A DNA stretch of 64,000 nt from Glaucostegus cemiculus. Its lineage: Eukaryota. The notes beneath the pieces were generated by a model, which worked only from the letters and a program-made list of their open reading frames with translations, did no database searches and had not been told where the DNA came from. Location of the stretch: the NCBI GenBank assembly GCA_976551045.1, contig CDPCPM010000196.1, forward strand, positions 3,162,001 through 3,226,000. The letters run 5' to 3'. The translations under genes were made by a program, and so were the position numbers. Positions 22,674 to 36,676 of this stretch are shown one piece after another. Position 1 is the first letter of the stretch. Each line of letters starts with the position of its first letter.

Positions 22674-25600
22674 ACAGTCATATGATGAACTAAGTCGAGC
22701 AGTGAGAATGAATATGTGGAAAGCCCTTCAAATATCATAAAATAATTCCACATGAATTGACCTTTTAGGGACCCAAACATCAAACTACAGCAGAAACGCT
22801 TCTATGCGATTCTACAATGCACTACGATATCAGAATGTTATCCACACTCCGATATCATTGTTGTAATCCGGTATCATTCATTTGTTTTCATTGACATCAG
22901 TCACTAAGCTCTAAAATCGAAGTCCAATATTCCACAGTGTCCGATTCTGAGTAGAGTGTCCATTTCAGAAACAGTTCGGGATATATTTCTGAATTTCTTT
23001 CTTCGTTATTCTACTACTAGTGCATGCCTTGCTATTTCCAAGGAGTATAAATAGAATTATCGCCAATATGTGGAGAAATCACGTTGTTAGATATTCTACA
23101 GCCTCGCTGAGAACGTCACAAGCCAACCACCTGGGTGAACTTACAAGTGGCCATGAACTTATTTGGGTTATACACACCTCCAGTGCTTACTGAAACTTAA
23201 TTTGCAATTAGGCAGTGAAAACAAAGGTAATCGCAATTTGCCTTAAAAGAAAATATAGTGAGGCGAAAAGCAACTTGAGGATTCTGCCGTCAAAATTGCT
23301 CTTGAGAATATGCGAAAGGAACATATTGTCAGGTGAGTCAAAAAGTCGCTCTGCTCGCAATGGTATTAATACTGAACACGTCAGCATACTTCTGTATATC
23401 TTGCCAACGAGCGAGCGATATTGACAGGAGTCATGCGTTCAATAATGATCGTCGTCTCATGACGTTAAGAAAACTGAGAACCGGGTTCTTTGTTTTTCTT
23501 CTTGCTTCCTCATAAGTTATATGTATGGATATTCGTAAGCATCAGGGAACATTTGGAGCAGAATGTTTCCACCAGCGACAAGAGTGTTCCTAATGAACCT
23601 GAAATGATAACATTCAAATCGATATTGTTGGTCTGTACCCAGTCCAAGTAGAATAAGATACACAGTCCTTCTTGATTCTGTTTGTTCTCATTGTGGCGGC
23701 GGGGAATGCCGACAGAGACATCATTTTGGGAATGCAAAGGGAGGTTCAAATGCCATGCAAAATAATAAAATATAAAGAAAGCGGGAAGGACATGGAGAGA
23801 AATTAGGAAGATTCTCAAAGGAACGTATTCCTTTACCCGGAGGAAGAGTAAAGCTCAGGAAAGGGATTATCCACAGGGACAAAGGAAAACACTTCGGCTT
23901 GAAGTACAGTGAGATGACGAGGTACTCATGAAAACGTTGCATCAGCATTCACCGAGGAGAATGTCACGGATGGTAGTAGGATTAAGAATGGGTATGTAAC
24001 TATCATTGGGGAGTAGAGGGGGTACACAATCCTGACGACCCAAATTCAGCGTTTCAGGAACTGCTTCCTCCCTTTCGTTATCAGATGTCTGAAAAGTCCA
24101 TGAAGCCATGAACACCATCCCGTTATTCTTGATTTGCAAAATCTATTTATTTTTGTAACACATTGGAAATTATTTGTCTTGATGTGTTGCACTATACTGA
24201 TGCTTTAAAACACAAATTTTGCGACACATTTCCGTGATGATAAACCTGATTCTGATACTGGTAGTCCGTTCAATGTCGATATCAGGGTGTTTGATTATTG
24301 AAAATAAATAAATATGTAATAATGTCCATGCCCTGAGACATTTATATCAGCAAACAGAAGATGACAACAGAGAGACTGCTGGGGCTATGACCTATTTTTT
24401 GTATCCTCTTTTGCTATAAGCAGGGGTCCAAAACACTGGGGAATTGCCAATTTTTTACTTTGTTGAAGAAGTGCAACAAAAACATTCTTGGAAATTATCG
24501 CCAGATTCGGTAGCAAAACGACTGGAGAAGTTTCTCAGAGACATAATTTCCTCGGATGTATAAAACCTTGGCCTTATTAGGAATAATCAGCATGTCTGGC
24601 CTTTGATTTATAGGAGGAAGTGCGGATAATGATTACTGGAGGTTGGTCAAAAGATGTTGATCCATGGCCTTTAGTAAAACACTTGTCAATATCCATTATG
24701 GTAGACTGATTTTCGGATGATGAAGCAAATGGGACTCACATTCAGTTGCCGAATGCGATCTGGTGGATATTCCGGTGGAGTGAAATGCGAGAGGAAGGAT
24801 TGTAATGCGGACAACTGTGAGGTGTTGCACTTTGGGAGGGAAAATGAGGCAGGAAGAAATGCAGTAAATAGCAGGATCCTGAGGCACCTTCATGTTCTGT
24901 GCGATTTTGGGTTGAAATTCTATTGCTCCCTGAAAGCAGCGATGCATGTGAGTCGTGTGGTAAAGAAAGCGTAAGGCATGGATGTCTTGGACACGGTCTT
25001 CTGACCCGTTATTTTTATCTAGCCATTTCAAGCCATGCAAATTTTATACTGAAAATCACAATGTACGTCGGAGAATGTGCACTTCTGTTCTCCACATTGA
25101 AGAATGTATGGGGATGTTCTGCACATCAGATTCACCAGGACATCGAACAGACAAGACTGCACAATGGAAAAGGAGAGGATGGACTAATCTGGATATTTTT
25201 TTTTATTCTGGAGAATCTGAGGATGAAAGGCGTCCTGGTAGAGATATAATACTTGTGAGACGCATTCACAGAGAAGTAAGTGAGAGCCTTTTTTCGCCAC
25301 AGTGTAGAAATGTCAAAAACATGGAAAAATGCGTTGAATGCAATAGGAGGTAATATTTAAATGAGATTTTCGAGGCAAGTTTATTTTTACACAGTAAGTG
25401 CTCGGTGACTTGATCGCACTGCCTGTGGGGTGGTAGAAACAAATAGGATAGGACTTTCAGAGGCATGCAGACAGACATATGGACAGACAGTGAATATTAC
25501 GATGAGGACCATGTGGAGCAAGACGTGTTAGTTCTTTAGATTAGCACTCTGGTTGGCACGGACACGATCTGCTGATGCGCCCGTTCATGTGCGGCAATAT

Positions 25601-26106
25601 TCTATTTTATTTGGTGGAAATGATTTTACGAGAATGTAAGTGTTTACTGTATCTTCCTCAACTCTTCTGATTGTCTTTGCTTTTATATACGATGGACAAC
25701 ACTCATGTGCGTACCATGCGCAGAATCACAGATCAACAGTTTTCTATTTTGTTTGTTTAAAATTTCGCTGACAAATCTTCTGAACAGTTAAATGAAATTG
25801 CATGAATTTTTCTCTATCTCACTACATATTCAAAGAACTTGCAACAACAGTTTCCGTCATGTAATTTCCGTCATGTTGCCTGATCAAAGAGAATAGAAAT
25901 CTCGACTTTGTGTACTTAATCAAAAGAATTTAATGCATTCCTTCTTTAAATAATGTTTCAAAGGAATGTTTAAAAAATAATTCTGCCTCTATCTGATATT
26001 GTTCTCAGCTGAGGAAGGGGTTTTATTTCATTTGTGAAATACTGCATCAAATTAGCCGAAAATCAGTGACAGTAAACAAATCCCGGTTTTCCCAGACGGA
26101 TCACGG

Positions 26107-26171
26107 GACTGGATAATTCAAATCTTATCTTTGTGCTCAATGCTCCCTGAGGCTTTCTCTGACATATAAAT
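26107..26171 (+). promoter_or_regulatory. Core promoter of locus D: TAATT, O/E-like TCCCTGAGG and TATAAAT
   Basis: TAATT at 26114, TCCCTGAGG at 26144 and TATAAAT at 26165, 78 nt before ATG 26243. Confidence 0.65.
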
Positions 26172-26242
26172 AATACATAACTTTGAAAGCAACTAGATTT
26201 GCATATCTGCCCACACACCAGAAACGTGGCTTCTTTACAATT

Positions 26243-26312
26243 ATGGAATTGGATGTAAAGCTACTGACTCAACTCATTTACTACCATATTCTTGTCATAA
26301 TTGGCGTTCCTG
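26243..26312 (+). CDS. Locus D exon 1, GPR139-like GPCR (MELDVKLLTQLIYYHILVIIGVP)
   Basis: 70 nt, ending in a cct g|gtaagc donor. Confidence 0.87.
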
Positions 26313-28457
26313 GTAAGCAAATTATAGTATTGTCTAATGGAAAAATTGATTCATGTTTTGCAGAGCGGGACAACTATCGTCGAAAATGACTGAACGTGTT
26401 TCCAGATTCTGCCAAATTGAGAAAAAAATTCCTACTGAAGCAGATATTGCTCCTGCCATTGATCATTGCGAATGCCATAGTCACATTCTGTGTGTGGGTC
26501 GCCTTTGAATTTGATTGTGTGATGATTGCAAAAATGCATGAATAATATTTTCAAGTTTGTCCCAAAAATCCAAATTCCTATTTTACGCCGTATTTATGCC
26601 CACATAACAGAAGGAAATTTACTCTTCGCAAACCATAGATACAACTTCTTCGCTCGTAATGCGATCGATTTTATTATTTATTCCACGTAACATTGTCATC
26701 ATATTTTTCGGAACATGTCTGCGAAGGATATAATTTCCGAGGAATCTTATTTTAATTGGTCGTGTGCTCAGTCCAAATGTTCGTTTGTATGTGTGAATTA
26801 TACTGTACATCAGAGACTCATAAATGCATACCGACGGAATCATTATATTAAGTTTAGTTTAAAATCTGGATTTAAACTATTTGTCGACAGATTTCACTGA
26901 ACGTAAGCATATTTCAGGAAAGCAAGAAACAAGCAAATTTGTTGAAATAAGCAAAAGATGGGAAATCCAGAAGCCCAGGTCAGTGCTAATTTGATAGGAC
27001 TTCCAAGTAGCAACAATTCCATTCACAGAAGCTTCCATCTCTCGATTTCGGAGAGAATTGCAGCTGAGTTGATGCGTGCTGTCTGAACGTATTCTGAAGT
27101 TCGCCAAAGGTGTTACATTTAAATATACATGGATTGAAATAGCTTCAAACACATCCGAAGAATATTGAGAAACTTATATTTGTCGTGGTTGGGATGAATA
27201 TGGCACTCTGATGGATTTATCGATCTGAGCTTCTGCTTGCACGATTTAGGATGCAAGAAGTGCAATTTTAAGACGTCTTCAACACTGCTGCTGACCTTGC
27301 TATAGGGAGAAAATGTCAAGTTGCATATAAATATACAACACGAATTCACAATCCGTACGTAATAAGAGTGATATGAAGGGGTTGGGCTGGGGCTGCGCTC
27401 TGAAACTGACCTAACCGATGTACTGCAGTTGTCACTTCCATGCCGGAGAACTTGCCCAAGTTGAAACAAAAGATTGCAAGCAAAACTGGGTTTTCTAACT
27501 GAATTAACCTTGACGTTCGGAAGTAATTGATGTAACACTTTTAAATGTTTGCATTTCTATGTTTTAATCATTCAATTCTATTTTGACAATTTCCCAGTCA
27601 TCAGAGATACCATGTCAGCAATTAATTAGTGGTTCTGCTGGTTGGTCTGTGCTGTGAGGATAAAACGTAGAGCTGATTGCAAACATCCTTTCTCTGTGTT
27701 GTGTCTGTATAATACAGGAATGCATTGATATTTTGTGAGGGGTAACGGGGTTAGAATGGATCTGAGGGGGCATTTCCGAACAATGAGATAGTTTTGAATC
27801 TTGAACAGTGACCTGAGGTTGGAGAAAGATACTCTCACAGTCTTTCAGAAGGATCTGGACAGACACTCAAATCGCGAAGACACAGAAATCCTCGGAACAA
27901 ATAACGATACATGTGTATGCAACGGTAATTGTAAAGGTCGCCATGGTAGGAAAGTTCCAACGTAGAGGATAGAAAGAGGCAGCAGAGTGTTGTAGACTCA
28001 GCCAGGTCCTCACGGGCGTAAGTCTCCGCGCCTTCGAGAACATGTCAATGAAACGATGCCTCAACATCCTGGACATATTTTCTTTTCATTACTCCCATAA
28101 GGGAAGAGGTAAAGGAGCCTGAACAGCCACATTGATCTTTTCTGGAACAATTACTTCCCCTCCACCATCAGATTTCGGAATGGTCCATGAATCATAAACT
28201 CTGCCTCATTCGTCTTTTGCACCTTTTCTTCTGGTAACTTATTGTAATAATGCCTTGTATTGCTCCACAAAACAATAAATACCACGACGTAAGTGAGATT
28301 AAACCTGATTATGAAGCTGAGACTGAGAAATTTGAAAAAAAATGTGGATGATGTAATAACGAACAACGAAGTAAATGCACGTTATGATAGAAGGGTAGTT
28401 TAATTACTATTCATTGCGAAGTAACGTATGTTTTCTGCATTTCCTCTACGATTGCAG

Positions 28458-29383
28458 GTAATATGTTAACAATCTCGATCCTATCCTCTGGAAAATGCAG
28501 ACTCTCCAAATGTATCACTCGGTATCTTGTCTGGATGGCTGCAGCTAATCTAATGCACTTGATCGTCAGCGGAATATTTTATCGGATTTTGGACGGGTAT
28601 TTTCCACATTCATTTCTCCATTACACTCCTATTTGCAGTCTTAATTTTGCCCTTATTTATGTTTCCATTGACTTCTCTGTCTGGCTAACGGTGGCCTTTA
28701 CTTTTGATAGATTTGTCGCAATTTGTTGCCGGTCACTACGAACAAAATATTGTACTGAAAAAAGTGCAATAAGGGTTATAACAGTGGTTTGTTTCATATG
28801 CATTTTGGAAAATATTCCCATATATTTTATGTTTGAACCTCAAGAAGAAGTTAACAAAGTGCCATGGTTCTGTAAAGTAAAATCAGACTTCTACATCTTA
28901 CCTGCTTGGGCTGCGTTTTTATGGTTGGAATCCCTCTTAACACCATTTCTACCATTTCTGCTGATCCTCCTGTTCAATGCGTTGACCATAAGCAATATTA
29001 TAGTGTCTAACAGAGTCAGAAGAAAACTCCGAGAAAGCAACACTGAAAAGAGGCAGACAGATCAAGAGATCGAAAACAGAAGGAAATCCATAATCTTACT
29101 ACTCGGAATATCTGGAAGTTTCATTTTGTTATGGGTGGTAAATTTTGCCAGCTTCATTGCTCTCTATTTTACAGATAATCAATTGATGAACTTCGAGGAT
29201 AATGACATCTTCACTATTGTTGAAGAAGTTGGTTATCAGTTAAGATTTTTAAGTACTTGTACAAACGCATTCATTTATGGTGCCTCCCAAAGCTGCTTCA
29301 GAGAGGAACTGATTAATATGTTTAAACGTCCTCTTACATTAATTGAAAAATATTTAAATAGTTTGTATGGCTTTGGAACATGA
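28458..29383 (+). CDS. Locus D exon 2, intact GPR139-like class A GPCR (joined with exon 1 gives 331 aa)
   Basis: Acceptor attgcag|. Uninterrupted ORF with MAAANL, YTPIC, VWLTVAFTFDRFVAICC, ENIP, PWFC, WLESLLTPFLPF, ENRRKSI, FILLW, STCTNAFIY and helix-8 FREEL. Confidence 0.92.
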
Positions 29384-29570
29384 AACAATCATATCCAGTG
29401 TAAAAGAATTTTTTTTCAATTGCTGATCAGAAACGCATTAATCCCCAAAATATGATCAGCTGACAGGATGCCGTTTCACCAAACCTGTGTTTGATCGATT
29501 CTCTGTTTTTTCAATACTGGATTCGAGCCTGGGCAAATCATGCATGACGTACAACAACTGTTTTGATCTG

Positions 29571-29576
29571 AATAAA
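29571..29576 (+). terminator. Candidate polyadenylation signal of locus D
   Basis: AATAAA 188 nt after the stop codon. The aligned position after pseudogene C reads aaatataa (~18768). Confidence 0.35.
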
Positions 29577-32290
29577 ATATTTGAGACACACAGCTTCTAC
29601 GACTTTAAATAAGGAGATCCAAGGAACAGTTCATTTTGTGGCGGGGATTCTCCAACCTGTCGGGGTTCCCCGTATTTTTGTTTAGCCTTGAAGGAAAATA
29701 CAAATACAGAACTGGTTGCGGAATATGTATTTGGAAGGAGATCAATAACAATAATATTTTCGTTCGATGATGTTTCAGCGGAACTTTGAATAGTTGAAAA
29801 ACAAATGTATTTTGAGGAGAGAAAAGCGTTTCTCGATTTAAAAACAAGTTAAACGTTATATTGTGGAGACCGAGAGAAACTGAATGACGTGTGTTTTCGG
29901 TGTTTGCTGACAGCGGGTAAAAAATGTTGTTTATCATATCTCTTATCTCTGGAGAATTTGCTGACTGGTATGAATAGACAGCCAAATGGAATGGATGTGT
30001 GCAGCGATATACAAATATGCATTCAGAATATGGATATTATGAATATACAAATATCTTCCGAAATGTCATAATTAAGGAGGATACTTGTATATTCAGAATG
30101 ACAGACGACATCTACAACGAGAAATAAAGTTGAGTATAGGCGTAATTATCAGTTCTGAAAACAAAACGAAAATGGATATTGGCTTCAGAAAACTTATATT
30201 AATAAAGAAAGTACAGAAAATATCAGCAGCTGAAGAAGCCTGCGAAGAAAGAAAAACAGTTACTATTTCAAGTACTTGACCCTCAGTGACGAAATTAGGT
30301 CCCTTTCAGCGCTAATAATAACTAGTCGCGTAGGACGACAGGGATTTAATGAAATTTCATTTGGTTCTATCTCCCGATTGTAAAAGTCCGACAATTGAGG
30401 AATAACAATTAGGAACCACTTAGCAACTAGTGTTAGCAAGGCATATTGAAGGTCTAGTAAAACATAACTTTGTATCAGGAGGCTGAAAGATCTAGTTATC
30501 CTTAAAGCGCATATTTTTTGCCATGTCTCGTTCATTGAAAGTCAACATTGAAGCAGAGGCGTGCATAGTTGAACAAACCGCGTCGAGATGCAGATACCCT
30601 CAGTTATGTGGTTAGTGGGATAATCTTGTCACTGTCTTTTTGTAACGCTGATGTTGGAGATTTGAGATATATATTGAAAATGATGAATGGCCTGGACAGA
30701 AAACGGAAACCAAAATGATGCAGACTTTGGAAATTTGACAGAGACTGTAAAATACGGGGCATACGCAGATCGTCGGACAGTGTGGGTGAAGATCAAAACG
30801 GAAATTAAGCTGATGTGGAAAGCTACATCTTAGTCTGAGGCTCTGAAATGAATTTGGAGAAAAAAGTGGAATGGGTATGATAGGACCAAGACCAAGGAGG
30901 CCCATTTCACGTAGTTCTGTACAATTAATCATTACATCCCTTATAGTCACCTGTGGATCCGAAGAGTGAAAGATGAAATCTCAGTTCGAATCAAAATAGA
31001 ATATATTGGAAATTATGACATCTGCAAGGGAAGTATTTCTCTCAGTGTATTTTCCAAAACCGTCTTGTTTTCAGCACCATTGATGATCAGAGTATCACGA
31101 AGTTCTCTTTACTTTCCCACTCCATCCTCTGCAAGATTAATCACGCTTGCTTCTCGCGTTTATGATTCAGTTAATGGCGCATTGATATGAAACATCAAGT
31201 CTGGTCCCAGTTCACAGATGCCACCGGACGTACTGCGGACGTCCAATGTGCTTTCATATCCTTTGTTTTCATTGAGGGGCCCGGCAGAATAGATGGCAGG
31301 ACGAAATTCCCATTGATGAAGGTACGAAGAAATAGGAGGCATAGAAAGAAACATTAAAAGCCCTCTGCACTACCTCTCTATATCTCACCGACCGATGCAC
31401 ATCCAGCTGCACCCCATTACCGCCCACCTCACAGCTGTCAATGTTGAGAAGTTTTGTACTGTCTCGAAATTTAGAAATTGCGCCTTGAACCATGACGTCG
31501 AGCTCCTTAATATAGATTACATGGCGAAAATGTTATTTTCTGGGTGATGCCACAATTCATTTTCATCCTAACCAAAATGAAATATTCACCACACTCCTTG
31601 TTGGCTTATTCCTGTACGACATTGTTTCCATGCACCTTTATGCCATGCACTCATGTTTCCTGATCTGCCTGTAAGCGACACCTAATCGACATTTTCCTAA
31701 AGTGCTGCTCAGACTATGGTTTGTGTCAGCTTAATATAAATAATAAATACATACGACTCTTTATCTGGCGATTTCCGTTAAAATACATTAAATGGATGAT
31801 ACACAGTTTTCTTGCAGAGAAATCGTGTTCTCTTGTTGATCCATTTCCATATTTATCCCTTCGCGCATGATAAACTGACTGTTTTATAATTGTTGTGCTT
31901 ATTCTCACTAACCTCAGAAGAAAGGGCTAACCAGTGGGAATAAGATGCACAAATGAGAAGGTAGGGATGGAGGTATCGTGGATGGAGTTCTTTGGGAGAG
32001 CAACAGACCTGTGGATACCGTTGTGGAAAGCATTATGGCGGGGGGGGGGGGCGGTTGTGCTTGAGGGCAATTATCGCTTGCAAATATGGAAGTGATCACA
32101 TCAGAATGAATTAGGCCAGTGATTGCCCCGGCAATCATAACAAAATGCTGCAGAATACAGTACTGGTGTAAACAGAGGAATGATGAAATAACAGACAATC
32201 GGTTCTATAATGCTCGCTGCAATTTTTTGACATTAATCAACATTACATTACACAAAGCCGACTGTTGCAAAGTCATGTGCTGTCTTCCAG

Positions 32291-32293
<3 letters not shown>

Positions 32294-32332
<39 letters not shown>

Positions 32333-32344
32333 TGCGCGCGCGCG
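32294..32344. repeat. (GT)n/(GC)n microsatellite
   Basis: gtgtgtgt...gcgcgcgc seen directly. Confidence 0.9.
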
Positions 32345-35300
32345 CTTCTGTGTGTCTGTCTGTATGTCTGTTTGAACAATTCACGGGTGGATGTGCGGGC
32401 AGGAATAGGGAAAGGAAGGAGGCAAGATGAAAATTCTTCTGTCAAAATCACACTGAATCCTGACGAAGATGAAAGAGGTCCAAACAAATTATTTCGGCTG
32501 GATCTCAACTTATATCGAGTCATATTCTCTGGCGACAAAAACGTCGCCTCATGTTGGATATCATCGATTGTGTCTCTCTGTAACAGCAAGATACACACAG
32601 AATTGTCTATGACTGTGAATGTTTGAACCAAACAGGGATTGCACGTCCTTAAACTATCCTCTGAATGAGGAAGACGGATCTGACGTATTTAGAAAAGATT
32701 TGTCAGTTCGGGATTCTGAAATCATCACAAGAAAAGGTATAAAATGAAGAAACGAAGCTGCTGTGATCCGAAAAAGGCTACGTCGCTGTGCTTGGAAAGG
32801 AAACTGAGTTGGACATTCAGCTCAACAGAAGTTCTCAGAAAAGGGCAATGTGATTTATATCGTCACATTGGGTAGGTACGGAGAGGAGAGGTTGGTAAAC
32901 AAAACAAAGTTGCCAAGATTCAGCTCACAAGCTTGTTATAGTACGTGGAGAACATGTAATCACTATTGATCAGCGATAAATGGATTTTCAGCTGGAACTC
33001 AAAAACGGCATACAGAGGACATGGAGCAAGAAACCAAGGGAAGAGTTGAACCATCCGTACTGGCTACTTTTCAATATCTCATTTATTCTTTCTTCGAAAG
33101 ACGGTGAAATTCACCCGATTATATTGTTCCCTTTACCCGCCCCCCCACCCTCCCGAGGGCTTAAAACAAATCTGATTTCCAATTTTTCAGTTGATGACGA
33201 AGAATAATTGCAGCATAACATTCATAAGGTCATCCAGATCGGAAACAGGTCTCTCAACCCTGTTTTCCTGTGCTGGCCATCGTCTCTGACCTTGTCAATC
33301 CAACCGAGTGAAGATACAATGTGATATCGTAAAACAATCCCAAAACTCAGAACAGGAACTTACGCCGTGTTTTTTTTCTCTGCCATAAAGGAGCAGGTCA
33401 TGGGTCTGGATTAAAAAAAAAGTGCCTTAGTAAATGAAATTGAAATGTGCCCTGATGTGTATGTGAACTAAACTTATGTATGTTTAAAAGCTGAAATAGT
33501 TGAAAAAAATCCTCTTATTCGGTAACATTAATTACAGGAAGGACTGAAATATGGAAAACAATTCGTATGGGGTAATACCATAAAAAATCTGTGTATCAGG
33601 TCTTGTCTTTCCTCCAATCACAACTATTTATACCGGCTATCTTTCCTCAGTCTCAGGATGCAGGGCCTTGGCCGGAAGCCTTCGCCACCACATACGTTGC
33701 CTGACAGCTTAGTTCCACGGGAAGTTTGTTTTTCTTTTGGCAGCCAATTCCGGTATCTTCATGCTCTTGTGACTATGTTTTATAAAAACTTATTTTTAAA
33801 ATATTCATCAAAGAAACAAGCATTGCGTTGTGATTTCGTGCAGCACTCCCGATTAATGTGGGTCTATTATTATTGTCAGTCGTTCTCCCTGAAAACAATG
33901 AATTTCAAGGGTAGGGGATATACAATCGTACATTACCGATGTCGGAATGAATGGTAAGGCTGTGTCTCAGGAAACAATCAAACCTTATGAAGAAGTGGAG
34001 GAACGAGAATTACTTGCAGGAGAACTCCAGCGTTTTATATAGTATATTGCTGTTTTCATGAAAATGGATATGGGGTTGGGGTGGGCGGGGTTGAGGGTGG
34101 GGTGTGGGTGAACATTTGAAAATATAACTGATGTTTAACATGAGTGATTGATGCTATTAAGGATGACCGTTGCCAGTGGTACAGGACGCCCGGTGACTTC
34201 ATAAATGTATCCAGTGAAGTGTGTCTGAAACAAAATGTTCTGTATAATTTTTGTCACCTAATAAATTGACAAAAATCTTGAGTTTCCCGAATTTGCGTTT
34301 GATACAATATGACTTCTAGCTTTATCAGACACTTCTTGATCATTATCTTAATTCGGCAGTTTTGTTTTGAATTTGTACTGACAACCGTGTTCTCCTGGAA
34401 AACTAAGAACCAATCCAGGAACGAGAACTGGATTAAGGTTCCTTTTCTCTGATTGTACTGAAGGTGGAAGTACCTTGCTGCGCAGCATGACAGATGATTA
34501 TAACAGCAGCATGTAATATGAAAACAACTTAACTTACTTGTTTCTCAGTCGCATACTTGAAGTGAGAGAATTTTCATCCGGCTGATTTCCACAAGTCACT
34601 GTAAAACTGTCTTATCAATATGATTCTTCAGTATCTTCTGATATGAAAAATGAAAACAAAAGCGATTTCTTACAGTCCATGGAGCTCCTTGCATTGGAAC
34701 ATCTCAATGCTCGACTGCAAACGGAACAGATTTGGTATCTGTAATTGAAGACATTAAACAACGTGGGTATTTTATTAATGACGTCAGTGAATCTCTTTTT
34801 CCTGACTCATTAGTAATAGTCCTGTTGTTCCTATTATAGAGTCCTCTTGCTTCTTGCAGAGTACTATTTGTAAAAGTCATATTGTTCCTTGCAATAATAT
34901 GGATGTTATTCTGACCGTAAATTGCTCTGGCGTGAGCAGTTGCTTAGGAAAAAAGTCATTGTCTTGGGGCTGATAGAAGTATTTCTTTTGTGTCTAGTTA
35001 AGAATGATTGAACCGAACATTGCTGTGACTGTTGTGAATGAATGTGATCCGCCACGTGGACTTTCCATGTTTTCTCACTCGGCAGAAAGACAGCAAGCTG
35101 GAAGAACTCAATCGATCGAGCAGCAACCTTGAATACAGTATGTTTAAGTCGATATTTCGGCTGGAGCCCCTGCATCAGGACTAAGAGGGAACGGGAAAGA
35201 TTGTGAGTTCCTAGCAGCACCCATGGAATGGTTATGTGACAGAGGCTGGGAGGTGAATTGTGGAACCATACGATGGAAGGGATAATGGGTCGATCGAAAC

Positions 35301-36297
35301 AGGCCGTTCAGGGAAAGTACTGAGACTTGTCCTAGTCGTGATAGGTAAAACCCTATTGCGAGGGTATGATGAGGAGAAGGAACTGGTTAAGTGAGCTAAT
35401 GGAAGGATGAATAAAGGGAGAACATTTGGTCGGCAAACAAGTTGTGGGAGCAGAGCACAGGGAAATCGGAATAGCCAATGTTTGCATCATTTGGTTGCAA
35501 ACTACCGGAGAATAAACTGCAATTTTGCACTTCCCATCTATGGTTGGCCTCTAGGTAGCAACAGACAGCACAGAGGACAGGAAGCTGGCGGAAGGGGACG
35601 TCAGTAATTTTCAGCAGCATCCAACGGTAAACTCGAGATAGCTATTCCGCTGATGGTGCAGGTAGTCCGCAAAACAAAAAAAAAAAAAACAAAACTTGTC
35701 TACTTTCCCCTTCATTTCACGAAAGAACCGTCGTTTATATCTCGGGCACTGAATGCACCATATCCCCATTAAATGGTTGTCATATTACATTGCCACCGCG
35801 GTTTATCATAAACACATTTGACTGCCAACTGATCGATTAACAAAAATGAAATTGTTTTTATTTTTGCATGCAATTCAGAACTCCCGAGTGTGACTCTAAA
35901 CGATCACAACCCCTATAAACAATTATTTTGTTTTTGCTGTTTGACTTTATGCGAAATTCCTGGAAAATTGTCATAACGCATCAAATTCTCCGAATATTTG
36001 ATCTTATTTCATTTATCCCACATGTTACTTCTGATCCGCCAATGTAAATGATATGCGGCTGAAAGTAAAGGAGATGCAGATAAGCTTTCATGAAAATAAC
36101 CAAGAAAATCCTCGTTCAAGAGAAACAGCATTTATTGAATAGAAATCTTTCTTCAACGCAAATGCAAGAAATTTTATTGCTCCTTTCTGTTCTTTAATTT
36201 GTTGAGTACTTTAAATGATGAAACATCTATATACAGCTTACACTTTAACTGTGGTCAGATGCATAAACAGCAGACAGATTAATTAATGTGATCAAGT

Positions 36298-36361
36298 GAC
36301 TGAATAATTCCAGTCATCTTGAATGCTGCTGCCACCCTGGAGATTTCTCTGAGATATAAGT
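36298..36361 (+). promoter_or_regulatory. Core promoter of locus E: TAATT, O/E-like ACCCTGGAGA and TATAAGT
   Basis: TAATT at 36305, ACCCTGGAGA at 36334 and TATAAGT at 36355, 79 nt before ATG 36434. Confidence 0.65.
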
Positions 36362-36433
36362 AGCAAGTAAAATTGAAATCAAGAGATCGACGTGTCTGTT
36401 AAAATACAAAAAAAGCGTAGCATCCCTTCGAAT

Positions 36434-36503
36434 ATGAAACGACCTGTGATTTTGCAGACTGAAAGTATTTACTATCCTATTCTTGCAATAATTGGAATTC
36501 CGG
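36434..36503 (+). CDS. Locus E exon 1, GPR139-like GPCR (MKRPVILQTESIYYPILAIIGIP)
   Basis: 70 nt, ending in a ccg g|gtaagt donor. The link to exon 2 crosses an N gap. Confidence 0.85.
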
Positions 36504-36517
36504 GTAAGTCAGTCGCA

Positions 36518-36676
36518 NNNNNNNNNNNNNNNNNNNNNNNNNNNNNNNNNNNNNNNNNNNNNNNNNNNNNNNNNNNNNNNNNNNNNNNNNNNNNNNNNNN
36601 NNNNNNNNNNNNNNNNNNNNNNNNNNNNNNNNNNNNNNNNNNNNNNNNNNNNNNNNNNNNNNNNNNNNNNNNNNNN
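36518..36676. other. Assembly gap (N run) just after exon 1 of E
   Basis: N characters. Confidence 1.

Noticed and set aside
28458-29383. Assigning the symbol GPR139 or GPR142
   Set aside because: The similarity is family-level only. These are multi-copy paralogues with different TM6 and ECL2 features, and orthology cannot be shown without a tree.
32119-32631. Overlapping 100-127 aa ORFs
   Set aside because: They are open because of the (GT)n microsatellite and show no recognisable domain.
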